A stretch of DNA of 64,000 nucleotides. Origin: an uncultured Acidobacteriota bacterium (GTDB taxonomy: Bacteria > Acidobacteriota > Terriglobia > UBA7540). The stretch lies in the NCBI GenBank assembly GCA_963804995.1, contig CAWDSK010000003.1, positions 64,001-128,000 on the forward strand, written 5' to 3'. This document shows, in pieces, positions 10,073 through 19,700 of this stretch (its first letter is position 1; the number at the start of each line of letters is the position of its first letter). The translations under genes were made by a program, and so were the position numbers. Below the pieces are notes generated by a model that did no database searches, was not told the origin of the DNA, and was given only the letters and a program-made list of their open reading frames with translations.

Positions 10073-11976
10073 TTGTCCTACTCCCCTCCGTCGCTGCCGA
10101 CGCAAAACGCGCAAAATGTTCCCGCCCCCACTGATCCCTGGGAGCGGGGCGCTGCCCTGGCCACTGCCTGCGCGGTGTTTGTCTCGGTCTTATCCATCTA
10201 CCTGCTGCTGCGCCCGCCGCTGTTCAACTACGACGGTTACATCTATCGACTTCAGGCGCTCCGGCCCACCCAGAGCGACTCCATCAACCCGCATCACCTG
10301 ATGTGGTATCCCGTTCTAAAAGCGTTCGCCCGGCTAGCCTCGGCCGTCGCATCGCCTTCGCCTGAGGCGTTTCAGCTCTTCGGGATTCTCATCAATTCCC
10401 TGTCGCTAGCGCTATTCTGCCTTCTGCTGGTGCGTCTCACCAACCGGCTGGCTCTCCCCGCGGCAATGACAATCTTCATCGCGTTCTCTCCCCGCATCTG
10501 GAACCTGGGGTTTCAAAACCAGCCCTATCCCCTGCTTGATCTTTCGGTCGTGGTGTTTCTATGGACGCTAGTGTGGTGTCCCGGTAAACATTTGACAAGG
10601 CTTTCCGACCCCCTCACCCCCCAGCCCCTCTCCCCCAAAGGGGCGAGGGGAGAGTTAATTCTCTTGCCCTCGCCCCTTTGGGGGAGAGGGTGGCTGGCCG
10701 AGGCGTTCTCATCAGCCGAGGCCAGACGGGTGAGGGGGTTCTACCCATTGTCAAATCTAACTCGGGACACCACACTAGTGGCAAGCGGTGCGCCCTCGCG
10801 TTGGCGCTGGGCAGCGGGCGGAGTGGCCGTGTTCGCTGCCGTCATGCTGCAACAGGCGATGGCGCTGGTGGTTCCCGCCGTAGCAATCGGGCTAGTCCTG
10901 GCGGGCGCAGGGCCGTGGAAAGACAGATGGAAGCTCGCCGTCCGCTGGGCGGGCGGTATGGCGCTGTCGGTGGCAGCGGCGTATGCCCTGATGGCTCGGG
11001 TGGCAGGGGTAAAGCCGGCAGGGTTTTTGGATTGGACCTTGATGTACCTGCAAGCTCAGCACGGCATCCAGGTGCAGTGGCCGCAATCAGCAATCAAAAG
11101 CGTGATCGGAATGGTCGGCACAGTGCTTGAGACGTCCCGGGTCCGCAATCTATTCGACCCGCAGGAGGGTGGCGAGGTCATCTGGCGCCTGTACGGTGGT
11201 CTGCTGGTGGCAGGCTGCGCAGCGATTGTATTCCTCATCGCCCGTCGCAGTGTGCGGGAGCGACTGATGCGCCTGTCGCGCTCGAACCCGTCGGTCGCAC
11301 CGGTGGTGATGCTGGTGCTCGCCTGGAGTTTGTTCGTGTTCTTCTGGGAGCCGGCCGGCTACTACTGGAGCGTGAACCTGTTTCCTCTGGCTTTCCTGGC
11401 GGCGTTGTGGCTGGGAGGAAGCCCGAAGCGAACCACCCTGATAGTGGCGACCATGTTGTTACTGATTTCGGGCTGGAACGTCTATTGGAACCACCGGCAG
11501 GACCAAGCGTACAGCGTCAACTATCCGCCGCCGTTGCTGGAACAGATTCGCGCCCAGTTGGGGCCGAATGACGTTTTTATCGTGGCGGGAAGGGATTGGT
11601 ATGCCAACCTCGACTACGACCTCCTGCTCGCCTGCCTGGACGATTGGCCAAACGATCCTGCCCTGGCCTTGTTCGATGAATACGTCATGCGGGGTTCCCA
11701 GGAGCCCTGGCAGAAAAGGCTCGACCGCGATATTCAGGCAGCGCTCGCGGCCGGCGGCCGGGTCTACGTCGCCGACCATATCTTCTGGAATGAGTCGTAC
11801 CAGGATTCGAGCGCACCGCCGACCCCTTTTCAGAGTATGCGCGCGCACAGTTTACCGGCGTGGATGGCGAGAGCCTCGAGGGTAAGATTAAGAGTTTCTT
11901 TCGCCGCTACAAGCTGCGCGAGTCCGAATTCAAAATCGCCACGGACAAGTTCTGGGAGCTGAAGCGGATTGAGTAG
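10073..11976 (+). CDS. Polytopic membrane protein (possibly GT-C-like), with in-frame MITE insert and a C-terminal frameshift near 11806
   Basis: Many TM segments. Start (TTG 10073) uncertain. The alternate frame after ~11806 reads ERTADPFSEYARAQF...FWELKRIE* to 11976. Confidence 0.65.
10572..10774. mobile_element. MITE (203 bp) carrying REP-like hairpins
   Basis: TIRs TGTGGTGTCCCG / CGGGACACCACA; CTAG duplicated at 10568-10571 and 10775-10778. Confidence 0.88.
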
Positions 11977-11996
11977 AGTAATCGGTGGCGAACCTA

Positions 11997-13625
11997 CTAC
12001 CGCTTCTTGCCCGGCTTAGTGTGTTTCGCAGCCGCTTTTGACGGCTTGGCCGCGTGCTTTGCGGCCGGGGCTTTCGCTCCAACCGTGGCAGTTGCGGCTT
12101 TGGGCGCGCTGGTTTTGGGAGCCGATTTGGCGGCCAACGCGGGTGGCGGAACTGCCTGTGCCTCCTTGCCCTTCTTTAAAGCAGGGGCCACCGGGGCTAC
12201 AGGCGGTGCTGCCGTCCCCTTCTTGTGGGCCGCATCACGTACTGGCGGAGGCACGGCTTCCTTGGTTTTCTTGGCGGGAGGATGAACCGGGGCGGGCTCA
12301 GGCGGTGGTTCTTTAATTCCCGCCAGCGCACGTAGCTCTTTCATGAGGTGCTGGTGAGAATGGATTTTTCCATCCAATTGGCGGGCGAAGATCTGTTCCA
12401 GAATCTGGTCGAACTCCGGCCCGGCTTTCACACCCAGCGACTGTAATTCGCTGCGGGGCAGGCTGGCGCGGATCTGCGGGAATTTGAACAGATAACTCTT
12501 GATGCGATTCTGGACTTTGGCACGCGAAGAGTTGGCAAGCAAGAACAACAGCAGAGGCTGAGGCTGCGTTGAGAGCACGGTGTAGACCTGGCTGGGCAGA
12601 GCAGCTTTGGCACTACTCAAAACGCGTTCGAGCTTCCGCGCGTCGCGGTCAAAGCTGAGGACCAGCTTGATAGACTTGGCGTCTCCAATAATCTTCTTGG
12701 CTAAACGCAAGGTGTGCTCACTGCCCAAATTGTCAACCAGGCAATGGAAGTTTAGTAGAAAAGGGTCGGCGCCGGGAACGCCCTGGAGCATGCTGTGGAT
12801 GCGGGAAAAGCGGTCGTAGGGGAGGCGGGCTGTGGCAAGCTTCTTATCCAGGCCTGCCAGGAGTTTCCGCTCCGCCAGCACTTTGAGCACACGTCCGGGA
12901 TGGTCCTCGCGGAGGATAGCGCCCAACTCGCGCGCCTGCTGGTCAGGGTTGAGGCGCTCCCAGGCGCCCTCGGCGAGGGCGTTGTTAAACCAGCGCTCGG
13001 TGCGTTCTTCAGGTTTGAAATCGAGGCGGATTTCCAGGCGCAGCAAACGATAGATTCGTGAAGGGTTGTCCATGAAACTGCGAGAGTGCAGGGCGCGAAT
13101 TTCACGCCGCTCGATATCGCCCGCGCCATTCGTGGGGTCAAGCAACAGGCCGCGGGAGTTCGGGTGGAGTGAGACCGCCATGGCGTTGAGGGCGAAATCG
13201 CGCCGCTTCAAATCCTCAAACACCATCGCCGGACGCACCTCGGGGCGCTGCCCGGGACGAGGATAAGACTCCTCCCGGCACATGGCCAGTTCCGCGCGCA
13301 CCCCATTGGAGAAATGGATCTCCGCGGCGTTCAGATGCGCGTCGAAATCCTGGCGATCAATGGCCAACGGAACCTCTCCAGTCGAGCCGTGCGCCCCTTT
13401 GGGAGGACCTGCCGTGGGAATCTGGCGCAGGATCTTTTGCGGCAAGCCTTCCACGGCAAAGTTGAGGTCGCGCACGACCTGCTGACCACAGGTGAGGTCG
13501 CGAACGGCGCCCCCCACCAAGTAAAGGTTCAGTCCCTGGTTCGAGGCCAGACGACTGAGTAGACCGAGCACGGCGTACTGCTCAGGGGAGAGCCGGCTTT
13601 CCATCAGGAAGTTGTAGTCGCTCAT
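11997..13625 (-). CDS. Class II tRNA nucleotidyltransferase/poly(A) polymerase family protein with Lys/Ala/Pro-rich tail
   Basis: YLVGGAVRDL, EDLKRRDFALNAMA, LLDPTNG, HSRSFMDNPSRIYR. Confidence 0.85.
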   Translation of the reverse strand: MSDYNFLMESRLSPEQYAVLGLLSRLASNQGLNLYLVGGAVRDLTCGQQVVRDLNFAVEGLPQKILRQIPTAGPPKGAHGSTGEVPLAIDRQDFDAHLNAAEIHFSNGVRAELAMCREESYPRPGQRPEVRPAMVFEDLKRRDFALNAMAVSLHPNSRGLLLDPTNGAGDIERREIRALHSRSFMDNPSRIYRLLRLEIRLDFKPEERTERWFNNALAEGAWERLNPDQQARELGAILREDHPGRVLKVLAERKLLAGLDKKLATARLPYDRFSRIHSMLQGVPGADPFLLNFHCLVDNLGSEHTLRLAKKIIGDAKSIKLVLSFDRDARKLERVLSSAKAALPSQVYTVLSTQPQPLLLFLLANSSRAKVQNRIKSYLFKFPQIRASLPRSELQSLGVKAGPEFDQILEQIFARQLDGKIHSHQHLMKELRALAGIKEPPPEPAPVHPPAKKTKEAVPPPVRDAAHKKGTAAPPVAPVAPALKKGKEAQAVPPPALAAKSAPKTSAPKAATATVGAKAPAAKHAAKPSKAAAKHTKPGKKR

Positions 13626-13654
13626 GGCGTTCGGCTTCCTCCCGGGCCCGAGGT

Positions 13655-14686
13655 TCAGGCTCGAGGATGGTGGGATTGATAAACCTGCCTCAAACGCTCC
13701 TTCAGCACGTGCGTGTAAATCTGGGTCGTGGAGATGTCGCTATGACCCAACATCAGTTGAATGGAGCGCAAGTCCGCGCCGCGCTCCAGCAGATGTGTGG
13801 CAAACGAGTGCCGGACCAGGTGGGGCGTAAGTGGGGCTGCCAACGTGGCCCGCCGTCCATACGCACCCAAAATCTTCCAGAATCCAACGCGAGAAAGCGC
13901 GCCACCCCGGTGATTCAAGAACAGCCAAGGCGTCTCACGCTTCCCCGCCAAAGGGGCGCGCCCCTCGTGAACATAGGCCTCCACAGCGTGTAGCGCGGAT
14001 TTGCCAACCGGGATCAGGCGTTCCTTGTTACCCTTCCCCAAACAACGAACAATCCCCAGGCGCGTGTCGATATCACCGGCCCGGACGTGCACGAGTTCAG
14101 AAACACGCATTCCCGTGGCGTAAAGCAATTCCAGCATGGCTTTGTCGCGAAGGCCGGAGGGCGTGGAGACGTTAGGCTGCGCGAGGAGTTGATCGACCTC
14201 TTCCGCCGTGAGGTACTTGGGGAGGGACTGCTCAAGCTTGGGCGCTTCCACCTCCGCCGTGGGGTCAGCCGTAAGGTAACCGTTGCGCACGAGGAAGCGA
14301 AATAAATTGCGCAACGAAACCAAGTGCCTGGCTACCGAACGAGCTCCCAGACCCCGCTGGTAGAGCTTGCTCAGGAACTTGCGAATATCATCGCGGTCGA
14401 CAGCCGCGATGGCCTTATTCTGGCGGTGGAGAAAATCCGAAAACTCCGTGAGGTCCCGCCGGTAGCCTGCCACGCTGTTGGCGGCCAAGCCCTTTTCGAC
14501 GCGTGCAAAATCCAGGAAGAGCTTTACCTCCGCGGCCACGGGAACAGCCGGAGGCCGCAGGGGAGCGGGAGGAATCTCGCGCAAGGGCTCACCCGCGAGC
14601 GGAAATTCGTCAGTTGGATTCAGCCGCGTAGGCGCGCGGTGGCGGTGGTCACGACTCGGCATGCTGGTCACGCTGGAACGAACCAT
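13655..14686 (-). CDS. xerD: Site-specific tyrosine recombinase XerD
   Basis: EKGLAANS..YRRDL, RDKAMLELLYATGMRVSEL, GKGNKERLIP, PHLVRHSFATHLLERGADLRSIQLMLGHSDISTTQIYTHV, HHPRA. Start uncertain. Confidence 0.92.
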   Translation of the reverse strand: MVRSSVTSMPSRDHRHRAPTRLNPTDEFPLAGEPLREIPPAPLRPPAVPVAAEVKLFLDFARVEKGLAANSVAGYRRDLTEFSDFLHRQNKAIAAVDRDDIRKFLSKLYQRGLGARSVARHLVSLRNLFRFLVRNGYLTADPTAEVEAPKLEQSLPKYLTAEEVDQLLAQPNVSTPSGLRDKAMLELLYATGMRVSELVHVRAGDIDTRLGIVRCLGKGNKERLIPVGKSALHAVEAYVHEGRAPLAGKRETPWLFLNHRGGALSRVGFWKILGAYGRRATLAAPLTPHLVRHSFATHLLERGADLRSIQLMLGHSDISTTQIYTHVLKERLRQVYQSHHPRA

Positions 14687-14844
14687 TAAATTAGTGTGGC
14701 GCGAGAGTGGTCGAAGTAGGCTAAAGCATCCTCCCCGGCCGAGCGCAGGGACAAAGGACTCCCCGGTCCGAAATCTAAGCCATGTTTTTTCAGACGCTTA
14801 GGAGCATCCTTCAAAAATTTCACTCCAGCTCTTTGCCGAAATAC

Positions 14845-14872
14845 TTGACAGGTCCGACTCGCGCCCTATACT
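14845..14872 (+). promoter_or_regulatory. Sigma70-type promoter
   Basis: TTGACA-16 nt-TATACT upstream of 14942. Confidence 0.6.
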
Positions 14873-14941
14873 AGCACAAGCTATTTTCGATGGCCAAGCA
14901 GCATTTCAAGAATCTCGTGGTTTGGGTGGAAAACACACCTC

Positions 14942-15478
14942 GTGAAAAGCGGCCCCTCCTCAACCCGGAAGCGTGTGGTCATTCGGAGGCTCAACAAAGG
15001 GCTCATCAAGGGCTTTATTGACCCCGGTGCCTACCTTGCACCGGAAATCGATTTGCTCGACCGCGAAGGCCGGCTGGTCCATATCCCCTTGAAGGAGATC
15101 AAGGGCATCTTCTTCGTGCGTGACTTCGAGGGCAATCCCGATCGCGCCGAACGTAAGGTCTTCCGGAGCCGCCCGCGACTCGCCGGCCTCTGGATGCGCA
15201 TGACCTTCAAGGACAGCGAAGTGCTGGAGGCCCTGCTGCCGAACAATCTCCTGGAGGTCAACGCGCTGGGCTTTCTGGTGACCCCGCCTGACGTCTACTC
15301 GAACAACCTGAAGATCTTCATCCCTCGCACCGCCCTGGCTGCCATGGAAGTGTTGGGCGTGATTTCCGACGGAGTGGTGAAGCGCATGTCCCAACGCGCT
15401 GCCCAAGCCCGGGCGGCTACGACGGCCGACCAGCAGTTCGGTCTCTTTGCGGTCGGCAATTCCCTTGAAAAAAAATGA
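14942..15478 (+). CDS. Conserved hypothetical protein (DUF6982-like)
   Basis: KGIFFVRDFEG, MTFKDSEVLE, TPPDVYSNN pattern; own promoter. Confidence 0.65.
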   Translation: MKSGPSSTRKRVVIRRLNKGLIKGFIDPGAYLAPEIDLLDREGRLVHIPLKEIKGIFFVRDFEGNPDRAERKVFRSRPRLAGLWMRMTFKDSEVLEALLPNNLLEVNALGFLVTPPDVYSNNLKIFIPRTALAAMEVLGVISDGVVKRMSQRAAQARAATTADQQFGLFAVGNSLEKK

Positions 15479-15494
15479 GAGCGTAATACTTGCC

Positions 15495-16190
15495 TCAAGC
15501 AGATGGCGCCGCGGCTTGCGTGGGGGGCAGTTCCAGGCGCTGGTGGATGGCGTAGAGGACAAGTTCCAAGCGGTCGGACACCCCCACCTTATCGTAAATT
15601 GTGCGCAAATGGTTCTTGACGGTTTGCTCAGAAATGGCGAGGTGAGTGCTGATTTCGCGGTTACGCCAGCCCTGCATCAAGTAGCTGATGATCGTCTTCT
15701 CGCGGCGTGTCAGCGTATCCACCGGGCGGCGAGGACTTCCAGGATGCGTCTCCAGAAGCTTGGCCATGCGGGAAACTTGCCGGGTGGGGATCCAGGTTTC
15801 ACCCGCTTTGACGCGCCGGGCGCATTTGACAAAAAGTGAGGGGTCAACGGTCTTGAGGATGATTCCCGCCGCACCGTTTCGCACATGCCGCAGGGAATCG
15901 TCCTCACCCGACGAGGAAACCGTAGCGATGACCTTGCACTGCCCCACCGCGTGCTGAAGCTCGGCGATCAGATTGGGTCCGGATTGAGAGAGGATTTCCT
16001 CTTGAACGAAAACCACGTCGGGGTGGAAGGACCGTGCTCTCTCCAAGAGCTGGTCCGAATTCTCAGCTTCCGCAACCACGCGCAAGTCGTCCTCGACCGC
16101 GAAGAGCTTCTTCAGACCAAGCCTGAAGATGCCTTCCCGGTCGGCCACCAAAACACGAATCCTGATTTTCGAGGCGCGGGAGGTCCGCAT
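15495..16190 (-). CDS. NarL/FixJ-family response regulator (atypical receiver + LuxR HTH)
   Basis: IRVLVADREGIFRLGL; LTRREKTIISYLMQGWRNREI...SEQTVKNHLRTIYDKVGVSDRLEL; expected phospho-Asp position reads VVFVQ. Confidence 0.88.
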   Translation of the reverse strand: MRTSRASKIRIRVLVADREGIFRLGLKKLFAVEDDLRVVAEAENSDQLLERARSFHPDVVFVQEEILSQSGPNLIAELQHAVGQCKVIATVSSSGEDDSLRHVRNGAAGIILKTVDPSLFVKCARRVKAGETWIPTRQVSRMAKLLETHPGSPRRPVDTLTRREKTIISYLMQGWRNREISTHLAISEQTVKNHLRTIYDKVGVSDRLELVLYAIHQRLELPPTQAAAPSA

Positions 16191-16305
16191 TCTTCAACCA
16201 CGAAAGGGCCGTACATCGCTCACCTGTGCGCTATCCCAACGGATGCCGGTTGCTACCGTAGCACACCAGGAGGCGTCAGCAAGAAACCCCAGCCGACCGC
16301 ACCGG

Positions 16306-16656
16306 TCAATTACTCTCCGGCGGGCGGGAGCCAGGCCCAGACCGTGGCGCCGGGCGTAGTTCGTAATCATCGATAACGGCGCCCAGCCCCTGAACCTGCC
16401 CTCGCTGGTTCCATCGCACTACCCGTCCCGAACAGAGGAGTTCCACGGGAACCTGTGTGACCCCCTTGGGGAGCAGCACTTTAATCGTGACCGGTGTCTC
16501 CAGCCTCGGGCGGGAAGAGACTTCTATGAACAAGCCGCTACCACTAATGTTGCCGACTCTGCCTGAGGCCTGCCGGGTACTCCCCGTGCGATTCTTCCAC
16601 TGGATCTCCACGGGAAGCTCAATTGGAATACGCTCACTTCCGCGACGTTGTTGCAT
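16306..16656 (-). CDS. PilZ-domain protein
   Basis: QRRGSER (RxxxR) and NISGSG (D/NxSxxG) motifs. Confidence 0.8.
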   Translation of the reverse strand: MQQRRGSERIPIELPVEIQWKNRTGSTRQASGRVGNISGSGLFIEVSSRPRLETPVTIKVLLPKGVTQVPVELLCSGRVVRWNQRGQVQGLGAVIDDYELRPAPRSGPGSRPPESN

Positions 16657-17038
16657 GCTCACCCTAGCTCCCCTGGACGGGTTCAATTCAAAGTTTAGCC
16701 TGTTTCTCGCTGCCCCGCAAGCACGGTGGTTGACGAGACGAATCACTCCTGCTTAGGTCAACTTTGACATGTACCGGGGCGGTGGGGATGGCGCTCTCCC
16801 ACCCGTTCACCCCGGCACATGCCACTACCACTTTACCCATCCCCGCCAAGCTCGGGTGAGGGTTGTTTCCAATCAGCCAAAGCCAGCCTGATACTATGTA
16901 GCCCGGCTGAGGTGTGGCCCCTCAACTAAAATCTCTGTTGGGAGGCAACGTTGTACGCACTCTACAGGACGCTCGCCTCGTTCCCAAGGTCACGGCTGTA
17001 CCAGTACTTTAGTACTAGGGGCAGCAGCGAGAAGCTAG

Positions 17039-17253
17039 TGTCCTGAGTCAGAAGTTCGCTGATTATTAGAGAACCCCCTCCCCCCGGCCCCTCTGTCGCC
17101 GCGGCGACCGAGGGGAAAGTTGAACTTACTCCCTCGCCCCTTTGGGGGAGAGGGTGGACCGCAACCGGCGCTTTCACCAGCCGGGGCGGGACGGGTGAGG
17201 GGGTCGTCCTGGAACCCATCGAGATTTTGTCAGCGAACTTCTGACTCAGGAAG
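17039..17253. mobile_element. MITE carrying REP-like hairpins
   Basis: Perfect 22-bp inverted repeat TCCTGAGTCAGAAGTTCGCTGA (17041-17062 / 17230-17251); CTAG at 17035-17038 and 17254-17257. Confidence 0.85.
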
Positions 17254-17360
17254 CTAGGAGCTTGAAGCGAGAAGTGAGAAGATAGAAGTGGAAGTCAGGT
17301 GCCGGTGTCAGTTGTCGTTTTCTCCTGACTTCTGGCTTCTAACTCCTACCGGAGAACACC

Positions 17361-18383
17361 ATGAAACTCGGCGAACTCGCTAAAAGACTCGAATGCCAAC
17401 TCGAAGGACCGCCTGACCTGGAAATTACGGGCGTGGCCGGAATGGATGAGGCGAACGAAAGCGAAATCACCTTCCTCTCCAACCCCCGGTATCTTCCCAA
17501 GCTTGGAACCACGCGCGCTGCGGCCATCATCGCCGGCCCCGACGTTGATACCCGGGGAAAACCGGTGTTGCGTTCCTCCGATCCCTACCTGACTTTCGCG
17601 CGCTCTCTCGAAGTCTTCTATCCGCCCCAGCGCCCAGCCGCCGGCATTCACCCCACCGCTGTCATTGCGCCTGACTCGAGGCTGGGCCGCAATCCCTGCA
17701 TCGGCCCCTACGTGGTTATCGAAGCAGGCGCGCAACTCGGCGACGACTGCGTGCTCAAAAGTTTCGTCATGATTTACCCGGGAGTGAAAATCGGTGATCG
17801 CTTCCTGGCGCACTCGCACGCCGTGGTTCGTGAAAACGTGCGCATCGGCAACAACGTCATCCTTCAGAACGGTGTGGTGCTGGGCGGCGACGGCTTCGGC
17901 TTCGCGCCGCTGCCGGATGGCACGTTCTACAAAATCGTGCAGGCCGGCACCGTGGTCATCGAAGACGGAGTTGAAATCCAAACCCACTCTTGCATCGATC
18001 GCGCCGCAGTGGGTGAAACGCGCCTGCGCCGCGGCGTGAAGGTCGACAACCTGGTGCAGGTCGCGCACGGTTGCGACATCGGTGAAAACACCTTGCTCTG
18101 CAGTCAGGTTGGAATCGCCGGCAGCACGAAGCTCGGGCGCAATGTGATTTTGACGGGCCAGGTCGGCGTGGCGGGCCACTTGACGATTGGCGATCATGTG
18201 ATCGCCACGCCTCAGACGGGCGTGCCGAATGACGTCCGTCCTCATACCACCATCTCCGGCTCCCCTGCCGTCGATCACGAGCTGTGGCTGAAGTGCTCCG
18301 CCGCCTATCGGCGCCTGCCCGAAATCTTCGCGGCCTACCGCAAGGCGCGCACCCTTCTCGATAAGGCCGGAGAGAAACCCTAG
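17361..18383 (+). CDS. lpxD: UDP-3-O-(3-hydroxymyristoyl)glucosamine N-acyltransferase
   Basis: ITFLSNPRY, DPYLTFA, IHPTAVI, GGDGFGF, hexapeptide repeats, KVDNLVQVAH, SQVGIAGS. Confidence 0.95.
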   Translation: MKLGELAKRLECQLEGPPDLEITGVAGMDEANESEITFLSNPRYLPKLGTTRAAAIIAGPDVDTRGKPVLRSSDPYLTFARSLEVFYPPQRPAAGIHPTAVIAPDSRLGRNPCIGPYVVIEAGAQLGDDCVLKSFVMIYPGVKIGDRFLAHSHAVVRENVRIGNNVILQNGVVLGGDGFGFAPLPDGTFYKIVQAGTVVIEDGVEIQTHSCIDRAAVGETRLRRGVKVDNLVQVAHGCDIGENTLLCSQVGIAGSTKLGRNVILTGQVGVAGHLTIGDHVIATPQTGVPNDVRPHTTISGSPAVDHELWLKCSAAYRRLPEIFAAYRKARTLLDKAGEKP

Positions 18384-18508
18384 CCCGAGGCCGAGGCTAA
18401 GGATCGGGTCATCGGGCCATCGGGCGATCGGGTGATTTGCGAGTTGCGATTGGTGATTGGCGATTTTCGAGGTCCGCATTTTAATCATTTTCAACTTGGC
18501 AACTCAGA

Positions 18509-18764
18509 TAACCCATTTCTTTTCATAAACATCTTAGAAAGGGCCATATAACTAGCTTATTTTCAATAATATGGTAGAAAGCCATAAAACTGACATTTTT
18601 TCTATACTTGTTTTCAACAACATAGTTAAACATACCTTCATTTTTCGCCCCTTTTCTTGAACCCTCTGAGCCGCCAAATTCTGTTAACTGGCTTAATTTC
18701 AATGGTTTGAAATATCTTGAGGGGCATCGCGAATCATCCTAACTGCCTTTATTATCATCAACAT
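18509..18764. repeat. Five copies of an AT-rich ~24-bp motif TAACnnnnTTnTTTTCAnnAAnAT
   Basis: Copies at 18509, 18549, 18600, 18685 and 18740. Confidence 0.6.
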
Positions 18765-19114
18765 ATTCTGAGGAAAACCGCAAATACAGAGTCTCCAAGA
18801 CCATCATTCAAGCTCTCCTGCTCCCCATTTCCGAGCCGCGGACCGCGTGTTTCTGAAGCCGCCCTCTTCAGCTCATAGCGTTTAATCATCAGCAGCAAGT
18901 TGGTGACGCCCCGGACTTCCCGGAAGTTAGAATCCTGCATTCTGCGCATGGGCCGCGCATTGGGGTGCGTGGGCGCGATTTCCGCGGCGCGTTCGCAGGG
19001 CGACGGCCCCGCCAGGGACTCTTTCAGGATATCTTTGCGCTGCGCCTCGCAGATTTCCACCTGCCGCTTCAGGATGTTCTCCAAAAGTTGACGTGGCCGC
19101 TCGCTGCCTCCCAT
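18758..19114 (-). pseudogene. Fragment of a hypothetical protein
   Basis: Coding-like helical segment LLENILKRQVEICE...RRMQDSNFREV with no convincing start. Confidence 0.35.
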
Positions 19115-19251
19115 TCCGCCGCGGTTATGCGGGGATATCTCCTCGCCGCTTCGGGATCGTCAGCCTCCGGCTGCTTTCTTCCAAGGCCCCAAGCAACCAG
19201 TGCCTACTACCGGAGACTTAACCATGATATTAGCGTTTATTATAGGTTTAA

Positions 19252-19434
19252 TTAAAGGTCAATCTGCGTTTCGTGGTCTTTGCCGTGTCCTTCCCCGTTT
19301 CCGTGGCCGTGGCCATGGTCTTCATCGCCATCGTCGTGCCCATGACCTTTACCCTGGTTGTCAGCCAGCGCCACACTGGCAGCAAGTCCAACGAATCCGG
19401 CTCCGAATAGGTACAAGCAATCTCTGCGGTGCAT
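19252..19434 (-). CDS. Short secreted-type His/Gly/Asp-rich peptide, probably truncated
   Basis: AGGAGA RBS, signal-like MHRRDCLYLFGAGFVGLAASVALA, then DNQGKGHGHDDGDEDHGHGHG. Confidence 0.45.
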   Translation of the reverse strand: MHRRDCLYLFGAGFVGLAASVALADNQGKGHGHDDGDEDHGHGHGNGEGHGKDHETQIDL

Positions 19435-19700
19435 AGAAGTTTCTCCTGTTGACGGGCGGCTTACCTAAGCATGAGGGTTTCTCGAGCGCAACTTTGCAAT
19501 CTGTGCTATACTACTTCTGCGCTTAATACATTGGTTGTGTTGTGCGGTCCCTCTGGTTCGCTACTTGATCTGAGAACACCCGCCTTCAGTTTTCGCCTAA
19601 AGTTTCAAGCGTAATCTAAAATGAGACTGGCCTGGAAGCAGGCGCAGGCGCTCGCAAGTTTGTGTGCGCGCTACGAACCCTTCGGCCAGCAGAAAGCAGA

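Noticed and set aside
13655..14686. Integron or phage integrase
   Set aside because: Typical chromosomal XerD motifs, no IntI-specific insertion, housekeeping context
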